Both the position numbers and the translations under genes were made by a program. The notes below the pieces were generated by a model. The model had not been told where the DNA came from and did not search any database. It was given only the letters and a program-made list of their open reading frames with translations. Below, piece after piece: positions 1 through 9,619 of a stretch of 64,000 nt of DNA (the first letter of the stretch is position 1; each line of letters starts with the position of its first letter). The stretch spans positions 4,928,001-4,992,000 of the forward strand of contig OZ251518.1 in assembly GCA_965242965.1 (NCBI GenBank). Direction: 5' to 3'. Source of the DNA: Candidatus Poribacteria bacterium. Lineage in GTDB: Bacteria > Poribacteria > WGA-4E > WGA-3G.

Positions 1-605
1 AGTTTCACGCTAATTTGCCCGAGGTCCCCCGTGCCAGTCATGCCGAACAGCAGGGAGAGCCCGAATAGCATCGTCCCGGAGGCTACCGCGCCGTAGGTAA
101 TGTATTTGAACGCCGCCTCGCTTGAACGCGGGCTATGCGTCAAAAACCCGGCGAGGATATAGGAGGTAAGACTCACCGTTTCCAACGAGATGAATATCAT
201 CAACAGGTTCGTTGAGGATGCCATCAGGAACATGCCGAGGGTGACAGCGAGCAGCAGCGCGTAGTATTCGCCTTTCAACCGTGCATCCAACTCTTCGGAA
301 CGCAGTGAGAAAAGAATCGTCGCCGTCGTTGCTAACAAGAGGATAATCTTGAAGAAAATCGCGAATCTATCCAGCCGAATCATCCCGAGAAACAGCGAGA
401 TGGATTCGTTATCACCGAGTAAAGCGTGCGTGAAAAGCACCGCGCCGAAGACGCAGGCTACACCTACCAGCGAGAGATACGCAACGGCGATACTCTCCCT
501 ATTTTTCACCACCAGATCGAGGATAATGACGGCGGCGGCGAACACCACCAGCAGTATCTCCGGCGTAAAATAGAGTAGGCTTTCGATATTTTTTAAGGGT
601 CCCAC
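1..605 (-). CDS. nuoN: NADH-quinone oxidoreductase subunit N (5' part; runs off window)
   Basis: Manual translation from GTG 605 (GGAGG upstream): MGPLKNIESLLYFTPEILL...GEYYALLL...ISLETVSLTSYILAG...SEAAFKYITYGA; directly follows nuoM. Confidence 0.93.
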   Translation of the reverse strand, partial: MGPLKNIESLLYFTPEILLVVFAAAVIILDLVVKNRESIAVAYLSLVGVACVFGAVLFTHALLGDNESISLFLGMIRLDRFAIFFKIILLLATTATILFSLRSEELDARLKGEYYALLLAVTLGMFLMASSTNLLMIFISLETVSLTSYILAGFLTHSPRSSEAAFKYITYGAVASGTMLFGLSLLFGMTGTGDLGQISVK

Positions 606-614
606 ACCGTCCTC

Positions 615-2138
615 CTATTGTAGATTCGCCAGCGCGTTCACTGTATCAACCAGTTTCGTCACGGATTCGCTGAACATCTCAATCGCGAAACCGGGCCAGA
701 TACCGAGGACAATCGTCAAAATGCCGAGCGGCACCAGCGTCAAGATTTCGCGTCCATTAATTTCCGGGAGTGCCTCATATTTGGGGTTGAGTTTCCCTAA
801 GAAGACGCGCTGGAGCGTCCAGAGGAAATACGCAGCCCCGACAACGATGCCGATTGTCGACAAAATCGTCAACATCTTAAATTTGTCGTAAGCCCCGAGC
901 AGGGAGAGTGCTTCTCCGACAAACCCGCTGAGCCCCGGCAATCCCAAAGATGCCATAAACGCCAGCGTCGTGATGCCCGTATAGATAGGCATTCTGCTCC
1001 CCAAACCGCCGAAACCGTTAATCTCGCGGTGATGTGCCCTATCGTAAAGCACGCCGACGAGCAGGAAGAGCATCGCGCTGATGACACCGTGGTTAAACAT
1101 CTGCAGAATCGCACCGGTTACCCCAGCTTCGTTCCGGGCAGAGAGTCCCAGGATGACGAAACCCATGTGTCCGATGCTGGAATACGCTACCAATTTCTTA
1201 AAATCAGTTTGCGCGAGCGCGCAGAATGAACCGTAAACGATATTAATGAAACCCAGCAGCGCGAGGCTGTTCCCCCATGGGCCAAGTCCATTGCAGAAAA
1301 AGTCCATGCCTTGTGGGAGCATCGCCATGTTCACCCGCACTAACCCGTAAGTTCCCATTTTGAGCAGGATGCCTGCGAGGATAACGCTAATTGCTGTCGG
1401 TGCTTCGACGTGCGCATCAGGGAGCCACGTGTGGAAGGGGAAAATCGGCACTTTCACGGCGAATCCGATGAAGAAGCCGAGGAATACCCAGATTTGGAAG
1501 TTCAAATCGGCGAGTGCGTGTCCACTCGTGGATGCGAGCACGATAAGCCGCGGAATGTCAAACGTTCTCTCACCCGCGGCCCCGCTGTTGAGGTAGACAG
1601 CTATCATCGCAACCAGCATAAGCACACTGCCGAAGAGCGTATAGAGGAAGAACTTGATAGCGGCGTATTCGCGGCGCGGTCCGCCCCAAACGCCGATGAG
1701 GAAATACATCGGCAGCAGCGTCAGCTCAAAGAAGACATAGAAAAGAAACAGATCCAGCGCGGCGAAAAAGCCGAGCATCCCTGTCTCTAGGAGTAGGAAC
1801 AACGCCATATACGCCTTAAGCCCCTTTTCTATGTTCCGCCACGAGGCGAGCACACAGATGGGGCCGAGGAGCGCAGTCAGGAGCAAGAGTGTGACGCTGA
1901 GCCCGTCAATACCGATGTGGTAACGGATATTGAACGCCGCTATCCATGCGATATCTAATTCATACTGCGTTCCGGCACTGCCCCTATCGTAGGATACGAA
2001 TAGGTAGACAGCGAGCAGGAGCGGCACGCACGTGAAAAACAGCGTGACACGTTTGATTAACTCCTCCGACTCGCGCGGCAGAAGTAAAACGGCAATCATC
2101 CCGAGCAACGGGATAAAAATCATTAGGGACAATAACAT
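615..2138 (-). CDS. nuoM: NADH-quinone oxidoreductase subunit M
   Basis: FYVFFE, AVKVPIFPFHTWLPDAHVEAPT, LLKMGTYG, AYSSIGHMG motifs. Confidence 0.97.
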   Translation of the reverse strand: MLLSLMIFIPLLGMIAVLLLPRESEELIKRVTLFFTCVPLLLAVYLFVSYDRGSAGTQYELDIAWIAAFNIRYHIGIDGLSVTLLLLTALLGPICVLASWRNIEKGLKAYMALFLLLETGMLGFFAALDLFLFYVFFELTLLPMYFLIGVWGGPRREYAAIKFFLYTLFGSVLMLVAMIAVYLNSGAAGERTFDIPRLIVLASTSGHALADLNFQIWVFLGFFIGFAVKVPIFPFHTWLPDAHVEAPTAISVILAGILLKMGTYGLVRVNMAMLPQGMDFFCNGLGPWGNSLALLGFINIVYGSFCALAQTDFKKLVAYSSIGHMGFVILGLSARNEAGVTGAILQMFNHGVISAMLFLLVGVLYDRAHHREINGFGGLGSRMPIYTGITTLAFMASLGLPGLSGFVGEALSLLGAYDKFKMLTILSTIGIVVGAAYFLWTLQRVFLGKLNPKYEALPEINGREILTLVPLGILTIVLGIWPGFAIEMFSESVTKLVDTVNALANLQ

Positions 2139-2154
2139 CTAGTGGGAATCCTCC

Positions 2155-2250
2155 TTATCCCATCATCGGGAAATCAGATAGAGTATAGAGAGCAAGGCTC
2201 CAGCAAAAGAACGGTGCGAAAATTTGAATGATTAACGACATCGGAGCCAT
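2155..2250 (-). CDS. Candidate small hydrophobic protein (28-31 aa) between nuoL and nuoM
   Basis: MAPMSLIIQIFAPFFCWSLALYTLSDFPMMG*; AAGGA lies 8 nt before the second ATG (2241); stop TAA overlaps the TAAGGAGG SD of nuoM. Confidence 0.35.
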   Translation of the reverse strand: MAPMSLIIQIFAPFFCWSLALYTLSDFPMMG

Positions 2251-2263
2251 CCTTACCCGAAAC

Positions 2264-4516
2264 CTATAAAGCCCGGAAAACTAAGATTAACACGACAAGC
2301 CCGGCGAGGACGACGAGCAAATAAGTCTGAATCGCCCCTGTCTGAATTCGGCGAATTCTGCCCCCGATTGCCCATGTAACCTGCGCGACGCGGTTGACAA
2401 GTCCGTCAACCACGCGGCTATCAAAAAATCCGGTGAAAGCGGCGAGTCCATCGCGCGTCACTCGTCCGACTCCGTTGACGATGCCGTCGACAACGCTGCT
2501 ATCAAATTGCGCGAAAAGCCGCGCCTTCCACACCGTGAGTGCTACCAGCACGCCGTTGTAGAACTCGTCAAAGTAGTATTTGTTCCAAAAGAGGTTGTAG
2601 AGCGGCCGGAACCTCGATGCAACTAATTCAGCGGAGAGGGTGCGTTTGTGGTAAAATAGCCACGAAAGCAGTATCCCTAACCCCGCGACAATGATAGAGA
2701 GCACCATTGCTATTGTATGCGCGGGACCGTGCCCGTGATGCCCTGCATCGCCGTGCGTGTCGTGCGCGCCATCTTCCTCAGCAGCAACCGCTTCGGATAC
2801 GCCGAATAGAGAAAACGTGCCTTTGCTATCCGGCGTGTTTTGGAGACGCGCGATGCCATCGTTAGTTGGCAAGCTTTGCAAACCTGCGTGCGCCGGTGCA
2901 TGGACATGCGGCTGTTTCGGCGGCGTAACGTAAGCATCGTTAAACCAAAGCACATTCACAACCGGAAAACTGAGCACTGCTAAGACGAGAAGCGGCACCG
3001 TCATTGACTTCGGAGATTCGTGTGCCATGTCGTGCATCTCTTGATTGCGCGGTTCCCCGAAAAACGTCATCAAAATGAGGCGGAACATATAGAACGCCGT
3101 AACCCCCGCGGCGCAGAGTGCCATGCCGAAGAGGACGTAGTGATGCACGGAGTTCCACTCCATCGCGCGTCCCAGCACGCCGCCTAAAATCGCATCTTTG
3201 CTCCAGAACCCGGAGAAGATGAACGGCACCCCGGAAATGGACAACGTAGCGATGAGCATCGTAGCGAACGTTATCGGCATTTTATGGCGGAGCCCCCCCA
3301 TGTTCCGCATATCCTGGTCTGGGGGAATTTCGGAACCGTGGGCATGAACTAACGCGTGAGAATGTTCTTCTTCGTGTTCGTGTTCTTCGTGTCCATGTGA
3401 GTCATGTTCGTCGTGGCTGTGCGCGTGCATCGCATGAAAGGCGTGAATGACGCTTCCAGAACCGAGGAACAGCAATGCCTTGAAAAACGCGTGCGTGGTG
3501 AGGTGAAAAAGTCCAGCCACATAACTGCCCACGCCAATTCCAAGCATCATATAACCGAGTTGGCTGATTGTGGAATACGCCAGCACCCGCTTAATGTCAA
3601 ACCGGACGATGGCAATCGTCGCCGCCACCAGCGCGGTAATGCCGCCGATATAGGCAATGGCAAGCGACGAGGTTTCCGTCAAAATCGGGAACATCCGCGC
3701 GGTGAGGTAAACGCCAGCGGCTACCATCGTAGCAGCATGGATAAGCGCGCTCACCGGAGTCGGGCCTTCCATTGCATCGGGGAGCCAAGTGTGCAACGGC
3801 ATCTGTGCGGATTTCCCGATAGCACCACAAAAGATGAGGACACCGGCGATGGAGAGCCATACCATGTCACCCGTGTTTAAACCAGCGGCTTGCGCGAAGA
3901 TGCCCTCTTCGCCGTAGAGTGCAAGCGTGTCGAATTTGGTAAAGAGCATCATCATGCCGATGAACATGCCAATATCGCCGACACGCGTCGTCAAAAACGC
4001 TTTTTTACACGCATTCGCCGCGGAATCCTTCTCGAACCAGAAGCCGATGAGCAGATAGGAGCAAAGCCCCACCAACTCCCAGCCGATGTAAATGCCGAGG
4101 AGGTTATCCGAGACAACGAGGAACAACATCGAAAACGAGAAGAGCGAGAGGAAGGCGAAAAACCGCGGATACCTCGGGTCGCCGTGCATGTAGCCCATCG
4201 AGAAAATGTGGACGAGGCTACTTACCAGCGTAACAACAATCAGCATGATGGCCGTGACGCTGTCAAGGTAAAACCCCATAGAAAAACTGACGTTCCCGAT
4301 GGCAATCCACTCGACTGTTTGCGGCGATGGATTCGGAACGACGTGTTGCAAGAGCAGGAGCGAACAGCCGAGCGCGATGAGCATCGCCGCTGTGGACAGA
4401 TAGTCCTGCCTCGGCACGCGCCGTTTCGCCAGTGACATGAGCCCGAAAACGGCGAACGCGGCGAGTGGGCAGAGTAAGATGAAACTGATTAACGGGACAA
4501 CCATGTTTGCTGTCAT
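2264..4516 (-). CDS. nuoL: NADH-quinone oxidoreductase subunit L with His-rich insertions
   Basis: GWELVGLCSYLLIGFW, KSAQMPLHTWLPDAMEGPTPVSALIHAATMV, THAFFKALLFLGSGSVIH. Confidence 0.97.
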   Translation of the reverse strand: MTANMVVPLISFILLCPLAAFAVFGLMSLAKRRVPRQDYLSTAAMLIALGCSLLLLQHVVPNPSPQTVEWIAIGNVSFSMGFYLDSVTAIMLIVVTLVSSLVHIFSMGYMHGDPRYPRFFAFLSLFSFSMLFLVVSDNLLGIYIGWELVGLCSYLLIGFWFEKDSAANACKKAFLTTRVGDIGMFIGMMMLFTKFDTLALYGEEGIFAQAAGLNTGDMVWLSIAGVLIFCGAIGKSAQMPLHTWLPDAMEGPTPVSALIHAATMVAAGVYLTARMFPILTETSSLAIAYIGGITALVAATIAIVRFDIKRVLAYSTISQLGYMMLGIGVGSYVAGLFHLTTHAFFKALLFLGSGSVIHAFHAMHAHSHDEHDSHGHEEHEHEEEHSHALVHAHGSEIPPDQDMRNMGGLRHKMPITFATMLIATLSISGVPFIFSGFWSKDAILGGVLGRAMEWNSVHHYVLFGMALCAAGVTAFYMFRLILMTFFGEPRNQEMHDMAHESPKSMTVPLLVLAVLSFPVVNVLWFNDAYVTPPKQPHVHAPAHAGLQSLPTNDGIARLQNTPDSKGTFSLFGVSEAVAAEEDGAHDTHGDAGHHGHGPAHTIAMVLSIIVAGLGILLSWLFYHKRTLSAELVASRFRPLYNLFWNKYYFDEFYNGVLVALTVWKARLFAQFDSSVVDGIVNGVGRVTRDGLAAFTGFFDSRVVDGLVNRVAQVTWAIGGRIRRIQTGAIQTYLLVVLAGLVVLILVFRAL

Positions 4517-4528
4517 ATTTTCTGTATC

Positions 4529-4837
4529 CTATCCTTTTAAGGTATCCACCTCGTTGGGGCGAATGCTACCGAATTCGCGGTAGATGGCGAGGATAATCGC
4601 GAGGAAGACCGCGGCTTCTGCAGCGGCAAGCACGATGCCAAAAATGGCGATTATCTGTCCATCAATGTTTTCCGGCGGCGTGACGAAGCGCGAGAACGCC
4701 GCAAAGTTCAGATTGCACGAATTGAGAATGAGCTCGATGCCCATCAAAATGCTGATGGCGTTCCGGCGCGTCAACACGGCGAAAATGCCGAGCGTGAACA
4801 GAATCGCACTGATGACGAGATAGTTTTGTAAGGACAT
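4529..4837 (-). CDS. nuoK: NADH-quinone oxidoreductase subunit K
   Basis: RRNAISILMGIELILN, AAAEAAV; 102 aa; operon position. Confidence 0.96.
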   Translation of the reverse strand: MSLQNYLVISAILFTLGIFAVLTRRNAISILMGIELILNSCNLNFAAFSRFVTPPENIDGQIIAIFGIVLAAAEAAVFLAIILAIYREFGSIRPNEVDTLKG

Positions 4838-4864
4838 ATTTTTTAGAGACTCCGTGAAGCGCGC

Positions 4865-5383
4865 CTAGTCTCGCACCTCTTTTCGTGAGATGAGTGCCGC
4901 GCCAATTAACGCTACCAGCAGTAACACCGAGACTACCTCAAACGGCAACAAGAACTGCCCATTCAAAATCAGCGTCCCGATACGTTCCGTAGTCGGTTGA
5001 AGCTGCTCGCCTTCATCAACGATGTTCTTCCATTGCGGCGTATTGGCGATGGTAGTCAGGAGCAGCATGAGCAGCGCGAGGGAGATCACGCCGCCTAATA
5101 GCAGCTGCCCGCGCTCAATATGGATGCGCATTTCCAACCGGCCGCTCGTCATCATCACGCCGAACAAGATGAGGACAAGAATGCCGCCGACATAGACAAT
5201 CACCTGTGTGGCGGCGAGGAAATCTGCCTGCAGAAAAACGTAAAGTCCGGCGACACCGAAAAGCGTCACCATCAGTGAAAACGCCGCGTGGACGATATTC
5301 CGCACCGTGACAACCACGATACCCGATGTAACCGTCAACAGCGCGAAGCCGTAAAAAATTAACGATTTAAGTGTGAATTCCAT
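4865..5383 (-). CDS. nuoJ: NADH-quinone oxidoreductase subunit J
   Basis: QVIVYVGGILVLILFGVMMT, PFEVVSVLLLVALIGA. Confidence 0.96.
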   Translation of the reverse strand: MEFTLKSLIFYGFALLTVTSGIVVVTVRNIVHAAFSLMVTLFGVAGLYVFLQADFLAATQVIVYVGGILVLILFGVMMTSGRLEMRIHIERGQLLLGGVISLALLMLLLTTIANTPQWKNIVDEGEQLQPTTERIGTLILNGQFLLPFEVVSVLLLVALIGAALISRKEVRD

Positions 5384-5386
5384 TTT

Positions 5387-6103
5387 TTACCCTGCTGCTG
5401 CCGGCTCCTCCGCCTCTTCCTCGCCGTACATCTCCTGCTTGGCAAAGGGGAAGATGAGCTCCGTCCGGTCGAACTTGGAATACTCAACGCCTTCCAGCGA
5501 ATCCTTCATCGTGAGGCACTCTGTCGGACATACCTCGGTGCAAAGCCCGCAATACATGCAGATAGACATGTCAATGTCAAACTTGTCAAGGTAGAAAACG
5601 ACTTTGTTTCGGGTGACGATCCGCGAGACTTCGTCGCTTGAAAACGTTTGCGTGCGGGCAGCGTCTTCCGATGCTTCAAGCCGGTCGGCGACAACCTGCG
5701 GCCCTTGGCGCGAGGTGAGGTTCGTAACGGTGAACGATTCGCCCGGCTTCACCTTCTCGCTGCCTTCAATGATGCCGATGATTTCGCGTCCATCTTTGAA
5801 ATGCACGACGTTCATGCTATCCCAAAGCTGCTCGCCTTTCGGCAGTTTTGTGGCGGTAATCGTGATGCAATCGACAGGACAAATCATCTCGCATTTTTTG
5901 CACCCGATGCAATCCTCAACGCGGTTATAGAGCTGCCCGCGATACCCTTTCGGAATCTCTCGGACGTTCCGCTTCTTTTCATAATCGCGTTCATACGGGT
6001 ATTGATGCGTCACTTCCGGCTCGAAGAACTGCCGAATTGTCACCCGCATCCCGACGAGCACCGTCCAAACGCCTCTATAAATGTTTCGTACGTATTTCTG
6101 CAT
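5387..6103 (-). CDS. nuoI: NADH-quinone oxidoreductase subunit I with internal insertion
   Basis: Start ATG 6103 after AAGGAGG (the ORF-track N-terminal extension is REP-derived); CIGCKKCEMICP and CMYCGLCTEVCP 4Fe-4S motifs; THQYP. Confidence 0.93.
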   Translation of the reverse strand: MQKYVRNIYRGVWTVLVGMRVTIRQFFEPEVTHQYPYERDYEKKRNVREIPKGYRGQLYNRVEDCIGCKKCEMICPVDCITITATKLPKGEQLWDSMNVVHFKDGREIIGIIEGSEKVKPGESFTVTNLTSRQGPQVVADRLEASEDAARTQTFSSDEVSRIVTRNKVVFYLDKFDIDMSICMYCGLCTEVCPTECLTMKDSLEGVEYSKFDRTELIFPFAKQEMYGEEEAEEPAAAG

Positions 6104-6140
6104 GACGAAATCCTCCTTACGATGAAAAAACACTTCCCTT

Positions 6141-6460
6141 TCACGTAGGGCGAGGGCCCTCGGATGCCACACGCGCATCCGAGCGGGTTTCCCTCGCCAT
6201 GCCATCCGCGCATGCGAGCGGGTTTCCCTCGCCATGCGTCTTGCTGTCAAACCGCATCCCCCCTGTAGTTCAGGATCGCCTGAAGCTCTGGCATGTTTGC
6301 CAAGCGATCCTGACCCGTTCGGGTGCAGGCGCACCCGAACTACAGAGAGAGTGCCCTGTAGCTCAGGATCGCCTGATCCTGATCCGTTCGGGTGCAGGCG
6401 CACCCGAACTACAGAGGTGGGCCTGATGGATCTCCGGTAGGAGGGACATCCCTGTCCCGA
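6141..6460. repeat. Mosaic REP-like palindrome array between nuoH and nuoI
   Basis: GTAG-led hairpin units (GTAGGGCGAGGG..., GTTCGGGTGCAGGCGCACCCGAACTAC, GTAGGAGGGACATCCCTGTCCCGA) that recur across the window. Confidence 0.85.
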
Positions 6461-6506
6461 TACACATCCCACCGGGCCATCGCCTACTTTCTGAATACCT
6501 CATGTC

Positions 6507-7769
6507 TTACGCAGAGCTTGGCTGCGCCTGCGGTTTCTGCCCTAGGTTTCTACCGATAAACACATACGCTTGGACAAGTCCGATTGAGATAATCGCGATG
6601 CTGATGCCCGTGCTGAGCGGGGTATCCTCTGGAAAGATGAGCCCCCAGATTCCCGTGCCTAGGATGTTAAAGAAGGCGAGAGGAATGAAGTATTTCCAGC
6701 ATAAATTCATCAGCTGATCGACCCGGAGGCGTGGGAGCGTCCAGCGCAGCCACATCATCAAGAAGACTAAGCCCATCGTTTTGATAACAAAACCGGGGAG
6801 CCCACCGAGGATGTCAAACCCGCCGCCGAAGACTGCCAAGTCGGGCAAAATGCCTTCCCAGCCGCCGAGGAAGAGCGTCACGGCAATCGCGCTCACAGCA
6901 AACATATTCGCATACTCGGCGATGAAGAAGAGCGCGAACCGCATGCCGCTATATTCCGTATGAAACCCGGCGACGATTTCCGACTCCGCCTCCGGCAAAT
7001 CAAACGGTGTCCGATTTACCTCGGCGATAGACGAAATGAAGAAGATAAAGAACGCGAAAAACGTAAACGGCGTGCGGAAAATGAGCCAATCCGAGATGCC
7101 CCCGGCTTGGTTCGCCACAATCGCCTCCATGCTCAAACTCTCAACGAGCATCACGACGGTGAGGATAGAGAGCCCGAGCGGGATTTCATAACTCACAATC
7201 TGTGCCGCCGAACGCAGCGAACCTAACAAGGACCACTTGCTATTCGAGGACCAGCCCGCCATAATCACACCCATGACTATCACGGACGAAATCGCCATGA
7301 TATAGAAGATGCCGATGTTAAAATTGCTGACGAGGATGTTCTGTCCGAACGGAATCCCGGCGAATACTGCAAACGAGCACCCGAAAATGACGTAAGGCGC
7401 GAGCAGAAAGAGGAGTCTATCGCCTTGCGGGGGGATGTAATCCTCTTTAAAGAGGAGTTTCACGCCATCTGCAAGCGTCTGCAGCAGTCCCCACGGTCCG
7501 ACCCGCATCGGTCCCGTGCGGTTTTGAAACCGGGCTGCAACTTTCCGTTCGGCGAGCACCAGCACCAGCGGTAGCAGCGGCACCACTGCCACGAAAATGC
7601 CTGCACATCCGAGCATGACAAGCACCATGCCGAGTTCTGCCGGAAGATGTGATGCCACGCTCTCTGGCAGCATCGGCATCAAAACGTCCCGGACGAACTT
7701 TTCCGCCCAATTACCGCTATCACCGGCGGCATCCTGAACAAAGAAACCTTGAGATAAAATGTCTGGCAT
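6507..7769 (-). CDS. nuoH: NADH-quinone oxidoreductase subunit H
   Basis: ERKVAARFQNRTGP, LADGVKLLFKE, AEVNRTPFDLPEAESEIVAGFHTEYSG; ATG 7769 after GGAGG. Confidence 0.97.
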   Translation of the reverse strand: MPDILSQGFFVQDAAGDSGNWAEKFVRDVLMPMLPESVASHLPAELGMVLVMLGCAGIFVAVVPLLPLVLVLAERKVAARFQNRTGPMRVGPWGLLQTLADGVKLLFKEDYIPPQGDRLLFLLAPYVIFGCSFAVFAGIPFGQNILVSNFNIGIFYIMAISSVIVMGVIMAGWSSNSKWSLLGSLRSAAQIVSYEIPLGLSILTVVMLVESLSMEAIVANQAGGISDWLIFRTPFTFFAFFIFFISSIAEVNRTPFDLPEAESEIVAGFHTEYSGMRFALFFIAEYANMFAVSAIAVTLFLGGWEGILPDLAVFGGGFDILGGLPGFVIKTMGLVFLMMWLRWTLPRLRVDQLMNLCWKYFIPLAFFNILGTGIWGLIFPEDTPLSTGISIAIISIGLVQAYVFIGRNLGQKPQAQPSSA

Positions 7770-7924
7770 CTGCCCTCCTGTAAACTTACGAAGACGACTC
7801 GGCAACGTTGTCGGCGTGCTTTTAATCTAGCAGGCCTTGTTACCTATTGATTTCAGTTCTCTTCGTTGAACTGATTAGCAACCCAAGCGGAAACCCTACA
7901 GTAATTATGGAAAAAACGTCTCCC

Positions 7925-8140
7925 CTTCACGTAGGGCGAGGGCCTGTCCCTCGCCATGCCACACGCGCATGCGAGCGGGTTCCCCTCGCCATGCGTTTGG
8001 CTATCAAACCTCATCACCCCTGTAGGGCAGGACCGTCTGAAGCTCTGGCATGTTTGCCAAGCGATCCTGACCTGTTCGGGAGCGGGCGCTCCCGAACTAC
8101 AGAGGTGGGCCCGATGCCTGCCGGTGTTCGCCCGCTTTTC
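7925..8140. repeat. Composite REP module (about 200 bp) between nuoD and nuoH
   Basis: Similar to modules at about 6143, 9693 and 47809. Confidence 0.85.
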
Positions 8141-8165
8141 ATCGCAAACTTAAACCGCGAAAAGT

Positions 8166-9395
8166 TTACCTGTCTACCTCGCCCATCACGATATCAATAC
8201 TGCCGATGATGGCGATGATGTCCGCCACCATGAGCCCGCGACTCAACTCCTGCAGCGCGCTCAAGGCACTGAAGCACGGCGAGCGTCCTTTAACGCGAAC
8301 CGGCTTCGGTGTGCCATCGCTGATGATGTAGAAACCGAGTTCCCCGCGCGGTGCCTCGCTGCGAAAGTAGACCTCGCCTTTCGGGGGCCGGACCGCTTTT
8401 AGATTCGCCATCACGGGCCCGTTGGGGAGCCCTTCTGCCAGAATCTGCCGCACAATCCGAACAGACTCTTTCATCTCGTCCATCCGAATTTTGTAACGAC
8501 TCCAGCAATCCCCGACAACCGCGCCCAACTCCGGCGTATCCTTCGCTACCGGCACGTCAAAATCAAACCTATCGTAAATGGAGTAAGGTTCATCGCGCCG
8601 TAGATCCCAGTCTACCCCAGAGCCGCGCAGATTCGGTCCGGTGGCACCGTAGCTCAGTGCCATCTCCGCGGACATGACGGCCACCCCGGTAGTCCGTTCA
8701 CTGAAGATGCTGTTTTTCGTGAGGAGTTCGTTGTATTCATCGATGAGGGGCTCGAAATAGTCGAGGAAGCGTTCGATTTCGTCCAAAAAATTCTGTTCAG
8801 TCGCCGAGCCGGGTTCCAGCGGTATGATTTCGGATACGCCGCCGATGCGGATGTAGTTATAGGTAAGCCGCGCGCCGCAGACTTTTTCAAACAGCAGGAG
8901 TAGCCGTTCGCGGTCGCGGAAGGCATAGAGAAACGGCGTGAACGCGCCGATGTCCATCCCGTAAGTGCCGAACGACAGCAGATGGCTGGCGATTCGGTTT
9001 AATTCGCAAATCAGCACTCGCAGGTATTCGGCGCGTTCTGGCACGGCGAACTTCCGTTTTTCGTCCGCCGCCAACAATTTCTCAACGGCGAGGCAGAACC
9101 CCCAATTCTGGTTCATCGCCGCGACGTAGTCCATTCTGTCGGTGAACGGGATGATCTGCGGGTAGGAGAGGTTCTCCGAGTGTTTTTCAAAACAGCGGTG
9201 GAGGTATCCGATGTGCGGAATCGCCTCGCGCACCACTTCGCCTTCGAGTCTGAGCTCTAGCCGTAAAACGCCGTGCGTGCTAGGATGCTGGGGTCCCATG
9301 TTCACTACCATTTCATCGGCGAACGGTTTAAGTTCAATGATTTTGCTTTCTGTATTGGGACTCGCTGCCCCGTTTACCTGTTGTGCGGTTTCCAT
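8166..9395 (-). CDS. nuoD: NADH-quinone oxidoreductase subunit D
   Basis: NMGPQHPSTHGVLRL, GYLHRCFEK, FTDRMDY, C-terminal DIVMGEVDR; start ATG 9395 inferred. Confidence 0.96.
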   Translation of the reverse strand: METAQQVNGAASPNTESKIIELKPFADEMVVNMGPQHPSTHGVLRLELRLEGEVVREAIPHIGYLHRCFEKHSENLSYPQIIPFTDRMDYVAAMNQNWGFCLAVEKLLAADEKRKFAVPERAEYLRVLICELNRIASHLLSFGTYGMDIGAFTPFLYAFRDRERLLLLFEKVCGARLTYNYIRIGGVSEIIPLEPGSATEQNFLDEIERFLDYFEPLIDEYNELLTKNSIFSERTTGVAVMSAEMALSYGATGPNLRGSGVDWDLRRDEPYSIYDRFDFDVPVAKDTPELGAVVGDCWSRYKIRMDEMKESVRIVRQILAEGLPNGPVMANLKAVRPPKGEVYFRSEAPRGELGFYIISDGTPKPVRVKGRSPCFSALSALQELSRGLMVADIIAIIGSIDIVMGEVDR

Positions 9396-9486
9396 AGTGT
9401 CGCGCTCACGCCGCGGATGGCGTGCTACATCGCTCCTCAATGCGTTAATTGTGTTTCCCGTGCGTATCCATTTCGCTTCTCTTAAT

Positions 9487-9515
9487 ATGATACCATTTTT
9501 ACAGCCAAATGTCAA
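9487..9515 (-). promoter_or_regulatory. Sigma70-type promoter of the nuoD operon
   Basis: TTGACA-17 nt-TATCAT with TG extension. Confidence 0.7.
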
Positions 9516-9619
9516 ATTTTAATAGCAGATTTTTTACGTTTTAAGTGACAACCTCCCATTTCATCAGACAATTCTAAACGTTGTCGCGAAAAAATGCAAG
9601 GATTTTAGAGGCATTTAGT

